Part shown: positions 37,884 through 47,283 of the stretch, in pieces
Layout of the letters: the number at the start of each line of letters is the position of its first letter
How positions within the stretch are numbered: position 1 is the first letter of the stretch
Origin: Candidatus Altarchaeum sp.
GTDB lineage: Archaea > Altiarchaeota > Altiarchaeia > Altiarchaeales > Altiarchaeaceae
Direction: 5' to 3'
Assembly: GCA_018260615.1 (NCBI GenBank)
Contig: JAGWDQ010000080.1
Location: forward strand, 1-47,336
DNA length: 47,336 nt
Notes under the pieces: model-generated
What the model was told of the DNA's origin: nothing
Database searches by the model: none
The model's input: the letters and a program-made list of their open reading frames with translations, nothing else
Translations under genes and position numbers: made by a program

Positions 37884-39899
37884 ATGAATCATAAAATAAT
37901 ATTAGCGGTTTGTGTCATTTTGTTATTATCCGCGAGTTTTTTAGAAGGAAGTTGCGAAAATGTAGGGATACAAAACATAACATATAATGCAGATGCCGAT
38001 GGTAAATTTTTTGATATATCCTTAAAAAATTATGGTAATAATTTAACAACCGGACGGCTGGAGATAAATTTTAAGTGTGACAAATTTAATGACACATTTG
38101 TTAAAAATTTTGAAATTTCTCCGAACAAAACAAAGGAATTTGTAAATTATTATGATTTCTGCGAGTGCGAGGTCTCGGCAGTCATGATTGTGAAAAATAA
38201 TGTGAATAAGCAAACAGCATTGACGAAAAATTTCATCGCCATAACCATAAATTTTGACGAATTAAATTTAGTTGTCAGCGGAAAAATTTTTCCAAACTTA
38301 AATACAACCTTTAAAATTTTAAGCGACGATGTTTCGGCAAAAGAAATTTATCGCGGAAATGTTGTTAACGGAAAATTTTCCTTTGAACTCTCCGATACAG
38401 GGAAATTTGTGCTTGTCGTTGAAACTAAGTCGTGTAATGCATCCAATACATCTAAAAAATTCAGAACAAAATACAATACAATAATAACATTTAAAGATGT
38501 TAAAGAGGGAGAGATTAGAGAAGGAAAGGAGTTCAAAATTTTAGTTACAAATCAAAAAGGTAACCCCATAAGCGGTGTTTCTTTGTTTTGTAACGGAATC
38601 GCATGCGGAAGAACTGATGGAAATGGAATTTTTAAATTTTTTGCAAATAAAACATTTATATTGAGCGTTCCGGAAACCACCTCAACATGGCCGGCAAAAA
38701 AAGAAATTGTGGTAAAAGAGCAACAGAAAATAGAAATTATAATAAAGAAGGATGAAAAAGAACAGGAAAATTTTAGTGCTGGCGACTCTGCAATAATTAC
38801 AGTCGGAGCAAATAATTCGCCTCTTGAAAATGTGTCCGTCAGAATAATAAAATATGGTAGCGAAATCAATAAAACGGGTCTCAATACGACAATTAATGAC
38901 ACATACATAATTCTCCTCAATGAAGAAGGAATTTATGAAATTTTTGCAGAAAAGAAAAATTTCAAGCCCGCAAAAAAGGTTATTGCTGTCCGAAGAAATT
39001 TTGATGTAAACATAACTGCCGAAGAAGAAAAAGAAAGAGTAAGGATAAAGGTATCGGATGCTCTTACAAAAGAAGGAATAAGCGGTGCGGTTGTTACAAT
39101 TGACTATGTGACTACGGAAAACAAAACAACAAAAGAAATAAGACAAAGGGAAAAGACAGATACAGACGGCGAGCTCATATTCAAAATTCCCCCGGATAAA
39201 TATTGTCTTTGCGTTGAGAAGGAAAATTATAATAAATTTTGCACGGAACCCGGACCGATAAGGACATTAACTCTCAGGTTAAGCAAAAATTATATCTTTG
39301 AGAATCATTATGTCGTATTTTCAGATATAACAATAACTACATTTTACACCTATAGAGATATTCAGGTTACTGTTGACAAAATTTTTGTTAAAAGAGAAAG
39401 GGGAAATTTTTCAATCTATCCAACTTATGCACAGTCAAAGCTCTTTTTAAATGAAACCGGAAAGTATGAAATTTATGTCACGAGAACGGGCTATAATGAT
39501 GCGGTTGTAACTATTTTTGTTGAAAAGACGGATATTGATGTTTATTTGTCAGTCTCAAAAAATTTGTTAACGATAAACCCTTCAAAACAGATAGATGAAA
39601 TCAAAATAAGATGCAATAATGCAGGCAATGAAGAAATTGAGCTGCGGAATATTACTTATGAAAAAGTAGAAATTGACAACATCAGTGAAAAAAATTGCGA
39701 AATCGTTTTGCCAGAACAATACAGGGCAAAATTTTATGTTGATAACATACTTGTTCCGACAAATTCAACGGATAAATTTAAATGGACAATTAGAAAGGTC
39801 TATGATTATACCTGGCTATATACTGCGATAATTATTATTGTTTTGCTATCAACGCTTGTGATAGTGCAGCACAGATATAAAAAGAAAGGGGCAAAATAA
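37884..39899 (+). CDS. Exported multi-Ig-like (carboxypeptidase-regulatory-like repeat) surface protein with C-terminal TM anchor
   Basis: Signal peptide; repeats such as VTNQKGNPISGVSL...TDGNG and VSDALTKEGISGAVV...TDTDGEL; TM WLYTAIIIIVLLSTLVIV plus a basic tail. Confidence 0.8.
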   Translation: MNHKIILAVCVILLLSASFLEGSCENVGIQNITYNADADGKFFDISLKNYGNNLTTGRLEINFKCDKFNDTFVKNFEISPNKTKEFVNYYDFCECEVSAVMIVKNNVNKQTALTKNFIAITINFDELNLVVSGKIFPNLNTTFKILSDDVSAKEIYRGNVVNGKFSFELSDTGKFVLVVETKSCNASNTSKKFRTKYNTIITFKDVKEGEIREGKEFKILVTNQKGNPISGVSLFCNGIACGRTDGNGIFKFFANKTFILSVPETTSTWPAKKEIVVKEQQKIEIIIKKDEKEQENFSAGDSAIITVGANNSPLENVSVRIIKYGSEINKTGLNTTINDTYIILLNEEGIYEIFAEKKNFKPAKKVIAVRRNFDVNITAEEEKERVRIKVSDALTKEGISGAVVTIDYVTTENKTTKEIRQREKTDTDGELIFKIPPDKYCLCVEKENYNKFCTEPGPIRTLTLRLSKNYIFENHYVVFSDITITTFYTYRDIQVTVDKIFVKRERGNFSIYPTYAQSKLFLNETGKYEIYVTRTGYNDAVVTIFVEKTDIDVYLSVSKNLLTINPSKQIDEIKIRCNNAGNEEIELRNITYEKVEIDNISEKNCEIVLPEQYRAKFYVDNILVPTNSTDKFKWTIRKVYDYTWLYTAIIIIVLLSTLVIVQHRYKKKGAK

Positions 39900-39925
39900 A
39901 ATTAATAAAATTTAAAATTTTAAAA

Positions 39926-40048
39926 ATGTCCATTCTTTCAGATGACATAGGCAGTTTTCCCCTGCCAGACGGAATAAGCAGAAACGAAATTTCACTCATC
40001 ATCTCGCTGCCGCTCGGAGATTTTCAAAAAAATTTGAAAATTGCTGAA
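39926..40048 (+). pseudogene. 5' fragment (41 codons) of the metE-like gene
   Basis: 123-bp direct repeat of 42180-42302 with few substitutions. The ORF track 39926-40192 extends into unrelated sequence. Confidence 0.92.
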
Positions 40049-40193
40049 AAATTTGCAGGTAAGGAAATTAATTTATTTAATATCCTAAAATTAATTTATG
40101 ATGTTAAAATTTTCAAAACGCAAAACACCTATAAAAAGATTAAAATGAATTTTATTGTTATTTTTAATAAAACTATTATGTCATCGCAGTAAA

Positions 40194-41783
40194 ATGACAT
40201 CCAAACGAATAATATTTACTGGACAGTCAGGTATAAAAATCGACGGTATACTCAAAGATTTTATAAACAAACATTCATCTTTTGTCAGAGGACGTCAAAA
40301 ACCTCTCATTTTGAAGATTGAAGGTGAGATGAAAAATATTTATTTAAAAGAACATAATGACGCTGCTGACTCTGCTACTCTATGGATGAGAAATATATTA
40401 ATGTTACCTGCTCCTACTCTTTATAATCTTTGGGAAAAGGCATTTGAATCTGTTTTAAAAACAATTGAGAATGGAGAAAATAAAAATAAAGATATTTTTA
40501 TTAATCTTCATGCTTGTTTTTATCACCATACTACAGTTGAATATCTTTCTCCCGCAAAGATAGAATTATTAAAGAAATTCAATCCTGATTTATTTATTAC
40601 GCTGATAGATGATATTTATGATATTCATAATAGACTCAGATATCCTAATCAAATTTTTTGTGGTTTATATGGAGGTGCATCTGATCCTGTAGGGGCCATA
40701 TTTGAATTGATGCGGATATTGGATTGGAGAGCAAAAGAAATAATGATGACTAAATATTTTGCGCATGAACTCGGCGTTCCAAATTATGTTTTTGCAGTAA
40801 AGCATTCGTATGACACTTTATATAAATTAATTTTTGAAGACAAACATACTTTTTATATTTCTCATCCGATTAGTGAGGTTAGACGCTTACAAAAAATCGG
40901 GGAGAACGAGAAAGCTAATCAGATGATTGAAGAGATTCGTATGCTGGGAGTTAAATTCTCTTCTGAATTTGTCAGCTTTCTTCCAACCACTATTGATGAA
41001 CTTAGAATCCAACATAGGAATAATAAAAAAAAAGAACGTATTCCAAAACTAATGCCGCGATGGGACTCGGAAAAATACCTAAATCCTACAGATTTACTTT
41101 TTACACCTCCTCGCAAAAGGAATGAATTTGACCCAATATGGGAAGAAGAACACAAAAACTCAAAAGAACTTTGCTTATTACTTGAGGAGTTGTACAAACT
41201 CATAGAGGTTCAGGTAAGTTCTCGTGATCATAAGCTTGTTGAACAAAGTCGTTTTCTTTTTGTTTACCGGCCGTGTTTCAATGGTAACATCTCCGGTGGG
41301 GTATGGAAAGAAATTCAATACTTTAGGATGCTTACTAACAGTGAAATTGATAAGAAATGTTTTATTTATATGCCAACCGAAGACCAAAACAAATTAAAAA
41401 TCAGACAATTTGAAAAAATTTTAGAAAGTGAGATTAGAAACGGAACAATTACCTGCAAGGATGAAAAACTTATTACGTTGGATCCTGAAGAAGAAAATAA
41501 GTTAATTGCTGCCGACAATAATATTAACATTTTAACAGATGTATTTAAAGAAATAATGGATAATAAATCCATAAGATGTTCTGGTATCGAGAGGCGTGGT
41601 TTAGAGGAGGATTCATCTCAAAAAGCTATATCTTTTATAGAGAATATAACTGAACAATATGTTGCTATTTTTAACCAATACATCAATCAATACAAACAAG
41701 ATAAAACTGTTTTGTGGGAGGAAAATAATCAATCCCCCGGAACATTAGTAGATAAAATTATTAAATATCTTAAAAATAAATAA
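40194..41783 (+). CDS. Putative NMP-kinase-like P-loop domain fused to a nucleoside 2-deoxyribosyltransferase (NDT)-like domain
   Basis: Probable start MTSKRIIFTGQSGIK (degenerate P-loop), INLHACFY, PDLFITLIDD, DWRAKE. Then YISHPIS and RDHKLVEQSRFLFVYRP...SGGVWKEIQYF, similar to the NDT D..+....++......S.G...E pattern. Confidence 0.6.
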   Translation: MTSKRIIFTGQSGIKIDGILKDFINKHSSFVRGRQKPLILKIEGEMKNIYLKEHNDAADSATLWMRNILMLPAPTLYNLWEKAFESVLKTIENGENKNKDIFINLHACFYHHTTVEYLSPAKIELLKKFNPDLFITLIDDIYDIHNRLRYPNQIFCGLYGGASDPVGAIFELMRILDWRAKEIMMTKYFAHELGVPNYVFAVKHSYDTLYKLIFEDKHTFYISHPISEVRRLQKIGENEKANQMIEEIRMLGVKFSSEFVSFLPTTIDELRIQHRNNKKKERIPKLMPRWDSEKYLNPTDLLFTPPRKRNEFDPIWEEEHKNSKELCLLLEELYKLIEVQVSSRDHKLVEQSRFLFVYRPCFNGNISGGVWKEIQYFRMLTNSEIDKKCFIYMPTEDQNKLKIRQFEKILESEIRNGTITCKDEKLITLDPEEENKLIAADNNINILTDVFKEIMDNKSIRCSGIERRGLEEDSSQKAISFIENITEQYVAIFNQYINQYKQDKTVLWEENNQSPGTLVDKIIKYLKNK

Positions 41784-41793
41784 AAGTGTTAAA

Positions 41794-42027
41794 ATGGAAG
41801 AGAAAGCAATTTTGTCATTGAATAGGAAAGCAATTTTGTTGCGAAGTTATTCGGAAGAAAGCAATACTGCGGAAAAAATTTTAAAAAAAGCAAATATTGA
41901 TTATGTCCAAATTTTTCTACCAGATGGGGATCATTCCCCGAGCATAATAAGTCAGGACAGCGCATATCCCTATGAAGGTATAGGAGGCATCCAACTTTTT
42001 GTCAGAGGCGCCAATAAAACCAAATAA
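41794..42027 (+). CDS. Small glutaredoxin/thioredoxin-fold-like protein without cysteines
   Basis: AEKILKKANIDY...PSII...YEGIGGIQLF resembles a glutaredoxin core. No CxxC, in fact no Cys. Confidence 0.45.
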   Translation: MEEKAILSLNRKAILLRSYSEESNTAEKILKKANIDYVQIFLPDGDHSPSIISQDSAYPYEGIGGIQLFVRGANKTK

Positions 42028-42179
42028 TTTGGTTTTATTTTGACAGGTTGTATATTGGAGGTCTAAAAATTTTATTTCCTTACAACCTATTGACCAGGCA
42101 AAGGATCGTCTAACTGGAAAAACAAATATGTAATTTCCAATTTTGGTGAGTCAGTATCAAATTCTTAACCTTAACTAAA

Positions 42180-43265
42180 ATGTCTGTACTTTCAGATGAC
42201 ATAGGCAGTTTTCCCCTGCCAAACGGAATAAGCAGAAACGAAATTTCACTCATCACCTCGCTGCCGCTCGGAGATTTTCAAAAAAATTTGAAAATTGCAG
42301 AAGGCATTGCACGCAAAGAAATTTCAAAGGAAAGCGAATTATTCGGCAGATTTTCAAATGTCGTTCAGGATGCGATGCTTAAAAAGGTCCTTGCAAATGT
42401 GGATGTCCCGACTTATCCGCAATTCAGAGATATGATTGCTTCTTTTTACAATTTAATTGAGAAATTTCAGTCGGATGAGCCGTTTGTTATAAAAGATGAA
42501 TATGCAATTATTCCCGAATTGCTTGTGTTAAGCAGCGATAAATTCAGGGAAAAATTAGAAAATTTCGGAATTGAATGTATAAATTTAAGGGTTTGCGTTA
42601 CAGGTCCCGTTGATTTGTATCTTAACAAAATCGGATTTCATATTGACGGCGAAATACTTGCCAATTTTGCAAAAAGTGTGGGAAAATTTGTAAAGAATGC
42701 AATTATTGCTCAAAAATTTATAAAGACAACGGTTATAGCGATTGATGAACCAAGTGTCGGATTAAATTCAAATATGATCGCAAGCGATGAGGATTTAATC
42801 AATGGCTGGAATATAGCAATTGATGCCGCAAAGAAAAATGGTATTGATACGGAAATACATCTGCATTCAATAAATAAGGTTGATACGGTTCTTAAATCAA
42901 ATATTAATGTTATTGACGCCGATGTTGAAAATTTAAAGGACAGATACTCTCTTCAAAAGAATGACTTGGAAAGATATGATAAATTTATGCGTGCGGGAAT
43001 AGCGAAAAGCAATGTTTTTGATATTGTTGAGGATTATAAAAAAATTTACAACATTGACCTGTGGCAAACAAAAAATTATGCTCAAATTTTTGAGGTTGAA
43101 ACACAGAAAGTAATTACTGAACGGCTGAAAAAGGCGTATGAAATTTACGGAGAACGGATTAAATATGCAGGTCCTACCTGCGGATTGGGTTCGTGGCCAA
43201 CACAGGAGACCGCATCAAAGTTATTAAGATATACTTCTAATGCCGTGCATTGTGCTGGTTTCTAA
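42180..43265 (+). CDS. metE: Archaeal single-barrel MetE-like (cobalamin-independent methionine synthase family) protein
   Basis: DDIGSFPLP, YPQFRDM, VCVTGPVDL, IAIDEPSVG, IHLHS, GPTCGLGSW. Confidence 0.8.
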   Translation: MSVLSDDIGSFPLPNGISRNEISLITSLPLGDFQKNLKIAEGIARKEISKESELFGRFSNVVQDAMLKKVLANVDVPTYPQFRDMIASFYNLIEKFQSDEPFVIKDEYAIIPELLVLSSDKFREKLENFGIECINLRVCVTGPVDLYLNKIGFHIDGEILANFAKSVGKFVKNAIIAQKFIKTTVIAIDEPSVGLNSNMIASDEDLINGWNIAIDAAKKNGIDTEIHLHSINKVDTVLKSNINVIDADVENLKDRYSLQKNDLERYDKFMRAGIAKSNVFDIVEDYKKIYNIDLWQTKNYAQIFEVETQKVITERLKKAYEIYGERIKYAGPTCGLGSWPTQETASKLLRYTSNAVHCAGF

Positions 43266-43371
43266 TGCTGCGAGATAAACTATTTCAAGTTTTTTGGTTT
43301 CGCTTTTATGTTGATTTTTGTTGATTACCTCGCTTTTTTAAATGACAGAAAGTTTATCCGTAACTTTGCAC

Positions 43372-43768
43372 AATTTAACCCAACTTCACCGAGTAAACGA
43401 AAATTTTTCTTCGTGTTTTTGAATAATATATAGGTGTTTAAAGTGTCTAAATTTTTTTCTACATGTATTATTTTTTGGTTTATTCATATTCTTTTTTAAT
43501 TATTAAAGTTGGTGTCTAATTTATAACATAATAATGCTTGACTTTGAAAGTTATGGGGTTTTGACCTTTGAAATTGTAAAATTGACATGGCAACAAAAAG
43601 ACAATTTTAAAGGTGTTTTTAGACATTTTTTAAATATCTTTCAAAATCAGGTAATGGTTTAAATTAAAAAACCGCTGTGAAAAATTAGACACATTGCAAT
43701 CCTCGTGAGGTGTTAAAAAATGAGCGTGAAAAATTCAATTTAAGGGGGGTGTGAAGTTGGGTAAAATT
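43372..43768. repeat. Non-coding region with nested inverted repeats
   Basis: 18-bp IR with one mismatch (43372-43389 / 43751-43768). Inner (G)TGTCTAA at 43443 and 43512, mirrored by TTAGACA(C) at 43619 and 43685. Confidence 0.7.
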
Positions 43769-43874
43769 TAATCAAGTATAACCAACATTTTATTTATTTA
43801 TAGTTTAATTTATTAATTTAATAATATCCAAATATAATTACTTATAATCTAAATTTTAATGGCAGATATAATAT

Positions 43875-43928
43875 AAAAATCAAAATTTAACTTATCAAAA
43901 ATGATTTCAAAAAGATCTTTGTCATTTT
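43875..43928 (+). repeat. 54-bp direct repeat, identical to 47283-47336 (runs off the window)
   Basis: AAAAATCAAAATTTAACTTATCAAAAATGATTTCAAAAAGATCTTTGTCATTTT at both sites, including an ATG (43901 and 47309). Confidence 0.95.
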
Positions 43929-44224
43929 TTGTTGGGGAAAATTCAAAAATTACATATTTGAGAAGATCAATAAAAGCAAAAGATCCTTTACTTATTACTC
44001 TGAAAAGTATGTATCCCAAAAAGAACAACACGGTAATCAGATACACACTTTCTTTAATAAGAAACGGATGGAAAAAGCAGGGTTGCAAAATAAGTGAAAA
44101 ATATATATCTGATGAAAAGAAAAACAGAAAGAAAAAAATAGAACTTTTAGAGATTTCTTTAATTTCCCCAAAATCACCTTATTTCAATTCCTTCGGAGAT
44201 AAAAATTACAATGAAGAAGGATAG
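43901..44224 (+). pseudogene. Probable chimeric or dead ORF beginning with the duplicated start of the gene at 47309
   Basis: The first nine codons are shared with the window-edge repeat. No motif recognised in the remainder. Confidence 0.35.
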
Positions 44225-44423
44225 CAATGATGGAGTTTTCCTGAGCGAGAATTTGCTGAATGAAGCGGTCTTGCTGACAGCTTATGTCCCTGTAGAGGGC
44301 AGTTAGTAAAATTTAACCCATAACTTGCAGGTTTTGTGTAGTTTATGTAGAATTTTGTTGAAACAGATTACGCAAATTTTGTATAGTTACGGTTTAAACC
44401 TAAAAGGTAAACAGAAAAGGAAC

Positions 44424-44831
44424 ATGAGACATATATTAATTGGAGCGATAGCAATAGCATTGATATTTGCATTTGTATCTGAAGTATATGCAACAAACTA
44501 TTACACTTACGAATCAGTAGCTTGCGGGCCACAGAATACAGGAGTAACAGATTTTACATATACAACAAATTATTATGGATATTCTACATCTCAATGGAAT
44601 TGGCAAGGTGGAACAACATGGTGGGGATATTCGGACTCAAGTAAAAACGGATGTAAACCTAAGACGTCGCAGAATGTTAACGGATTCGGCGTGTGTGCTA
44701 GAGCATATAACAGCTTATTTAATCCTTACAATAAAAACTGTAGTAAGTCAGATGGCAAATATAGTTATGCTTTCGCTGGATGGAGCTCTAACATGGGAAG
44801 TCAACAAAGAGAGGTATACTGTACCAGCTAA
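44424..44831 (+). CDS. Small secreted Tyr/Trp/Gly-rich protein with five cysteines
   Basis: Probable start MRHILIGAIAIALIFAFVSEVYA (signal peptide; ORF track start 44325). Mature part about 112 aa. Confidence 0.7.
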   Translation: MRHILIGAIAIALIFAFVSEVYATNYYTYESVACGPQNTGVTDFTYTTNYYGYSTSQWNWQGGTTWWGYSDSSKNGCKPKTSQNVNGFGVCARAYNSLFNPYNKNCSKSDGKYSYAFAGWSSNMGSQQREVYCTS

Positions 44832-44956
44832 TTAAAAGCAGACGATGTATGATAAACATACAACAAGAGATTAATCCTTTTTATTTTTTTATTTATTTAC
44901 CTTTAATAATTTAACTCATCAAATAACTTAATAAAAATAACATTTAACTATTAAAT

Positions 44957-45961
44957 ATGGCCACAAATAGAAAATTTACAGGAAAATTTGGAATTGCAAT
45001 AATGATTGCAGTAATCCTGCTTATAGCTGGAACTGTTTTAGTTTTTAATAATTATCTAATATCTAATCCACAAAATTCAACAATTGAAAACCAGTATAGT
45101 GTTGAAAATAAAACATCCGAATATAATGAACCAAGTCCACTTGCAAAAGAGGCAGAAGAACTCGCAAAAAAAGAAAATATTACAGGTACCTCCTCATGGT
45201 CATCAACATTAGATTCTCTAACTCAAACATCAGAGCCAAAATTTGTTGTTGGTGAAAAATATACTTATTTTGTCAGATGGCCTCAACCAACAGATATGAA
45301 TAAACCAGGGATGCATTCACCAAATGTAATATTCAATGATTATAGGTATTTTAATATTTCATTTACATTGGAGAAAAAAGAGAAAATAAATAGAACAGAT
45401 TGTTATAAAATTTCTACAGAAGGTTCAGGGGAGGTAATTAATGGATTTGTGAAAGATGAAAGAGGAACAAGACCAATAATATCTGTCCCTATTGACTCAT
45501 CAGTAAGTTATATTGGTGTTAAAACAGGAAATTTTGTTAATCCCGAAACAGGGGACATAATAAAAGGGATAGAAGAAAAACATGAAGTAAGTGGGTTGTC
45601 AACTCTTAACGTATATACACCTTGGATGTTAAAATTGTCAGAAGGAATAAAATGGACAAATATTTATGAACAAAAAAGTACAGGTAGTATAGTTTGTAAT
45701 GAAGGTATGTGCAAAGCTATTAAAGAAAATGAGGAAATTACAGAAGAGGAAACCTGTGAAGTTAAGGAAATTGAAAATATAAATAAAAGAAAATGTTTTA
45801 AAGTGGAATGCAGATCAAAATTATGTAAAAACAATCTATGTGAAATTACGTATAAAAGAATATATTGGGTAGATGTAGAAAAGAGAATAACTGTAAAATA
45901 TCAATTATGGTACCAAAATCTTCAAACAGTTGAAGTAGAGTTAGTAAACTATGAAAAATGA
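44957..45961 (+). CDS. Membrane-anchored exported protein with DUF3108/LolA-like beta-repeat motifs
   Basis: N-terminal TM, then EKINRTDCYKI, ENINKRKCFKV and YWVDVEKRITVK. Overlaps the next gene by 4 bp (ATGA). Confidence 0.6.
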   Translation: MATNRKFTGKFGIAIMIAVILLIAGTVLVFNNYLISNPQNSTIENQYSVENKTSEYNEPSPLAKEAEELAKKENITGTSSWSSTLDSLTQTSEPKFVVGEKYTYFVRWPQPTDMNKPGMHSPNVIFNDYRYFNISFTLEKKEKINRTDCYKISTEGSGEVINGFVKDERGTRPIISVPIDSSVSYIGVKTGNFVNPETGDIIKGIEEKHEVSGLSTLNVYTPWMLKLSEGIKWTNIYEQKSTGSIVCNEGMCKAIKENEEITEEETCEVKEIENINKRKCFKVECRSKLCKNNLCEITYKRIYWVDVEKRITVKYQLWYQNLQTVEVELVNYEK

Positions 45962-47283
45962 AACACGCTGAAATATTTATAATTTTAGGAATAGCGGCAA
46001 TTGTAACTGCTATTTTGTTGATAGGACTGAACATAAAAGAACCCGATAAAGATAATATAAATTACATTGCAAATTCTGAAGATAAAGATAATACAAATAT
46101 AACAAATATAAACAAAGAAAATATTAATAAAGCGGAAAACATTTCAAACATCTCTTCTTCTGCACCTTTGCACATAAATTCTTCTGAAAACACTTCTAAA
46201 ATAAAAAGATATATTTATAAACAAACGCTCGAAAATTATACAACAATATTATATGTCGAAAATTATACATCTTCTGATGGGAATGTGTATATTGTAATAG
46301 AAGCAAATGACAATCCTAAAAAAGAGGAATTTGAGCTTAAGAAATACGAAGGCGGATGGACACCAAATATTAAATGTCCCCCCTGCGAATCTACAATTAC
46401 ATCAAACTATGTAAATAGAACAATCTTTATAAATCAAAAAACGAAAAATGTAAAAATAGCCAATGTGCCTTGGCTAACATTGTTTAAAAAGGAAAATAAC
46501 ATCATTTACAAAAAATTGACATATCCTACTGGTGAAGGAAAATGGGAAGAAAACTATAAAAGTTTCAATTACAACAATGTAGATAATATGAGTGTAGAAA
46601 CAATTAAAAATATACCTGACTTAATGTTTTTAGTTGATATTCTATATCCGGATAATATAAGCGTAGAAAGAATTGGAAATATAGAAGATTTAATATTTTC
46701 ATTTGACATTTTATATTTTCAAGATTTAAAAAATATTGAAAAATGTAACATTACAGGAATAAAAAATGTAAAACTTATAAAAACAGAATGCAATAATGAA
46801 TCTGGGATGGAGCTGGTATGTAATATGGGAGGTTGCAATAATTATACTATGTATAATTGCTATTCATTTTGGAATATCACTTACAATCTAACTTATAGAG
46901 AAGAAACCAACAATAAAAAAAATATTAGCAAATCATGGACTGAAAAGTATGAATGTGAAATTGGACTTACCGAAGAACAGGAAAAAGAACAAAAAAACCA
47001 ACACTCGAGGTATTGTGATGGATTTAATTTACATCCTTCTTTTGATAAGATGTATTTTGCAGGAACTGAAAATTTCAATGGAAAAATAACATATAAAATT
47101 ATATACGAAAAATTTGAAAATGTTAGTGAAATAAGTATTTGGCATTTTGTTGATACATTTCTGATTGATAAAGAAGAAGGAATTATATTAAAGGCAACTG
47201 CAAAGAACAGATGGATAAGCAATGATGTGCCGGATGAATTTATCACAACCAAAGAAATTGTATTGGAAAAAGAAGACAATTAA
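45958..47283 (+). CDS. Membrane-anchored exported protein, Asn-rich linker, C-terminal LolA-like motif
   Basis: N-terminal TM, N-x-S/T-rich linker, ENFNGKITYKI and FLIDKEEGIILKAT similar to the previous gene. Confidence 0.6.
   Translation: MKHAEIFIILGIAAIVTAILLIGLNIKEPDKDNINYIANSEDKDNTNITNINKENINKAENISNISSSAPLHINSSENTSKIKRYIYKQTLENYTTILYVENYTSSDGNVYIVIEANDNPKKEEFELKKYEGGWTPNIKCPPCESTITSNYVNRTIFINQKTKNVKIANVPWLTLFKKENNIIYKKLTYPTGEGKWEENYKSFNYNNVDNMSVETIKNIPDLMFLVDILYPDNISVERIGNIEDLIFSFDILYFQDLKNIEKCNITGIKNVKLIKTECNNESGMELVCNMGGCNNYTMYNCYSFWNITYNLTYREETNNKKNISKSWTEKYECEIGLTEEQEKEQKNQHSRYCDGFNLHPSFDKMYFAGTENFNGKITYKIIYEKFENVSEISIWHFVDTFLIDKEEGIILKATAKNRWISNDVPDEFITTKEIVLEKEDN

Noticed and set aside
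43650-43666. GGTAATGGTTTAAATTA resembles an IS1-family terminal repeat
   Set aside because: No matching full inverted partner or transposase in the window. The 13-bp partial match near 271 is explainable by AT richness.
44210-44305. Short ORF ending ...ENLLNEAVLLTAYVPVEGS*, faintly like a TnpB C-terminus
   Set aside because: No zinc finger or RuvC motif (DxNAA) upstream, and the similarity is too weak.
1010-47279. Many antisense or alternate-frame ORFs in the track (e.g. 1010-1390, 3425-4054, 15332-15742, 38682-39146, 46893-47279)
   Set aside because: They overlap well-supported genes, show shadow-like Phe/Ser/Ile-rich composition and have no motifs.
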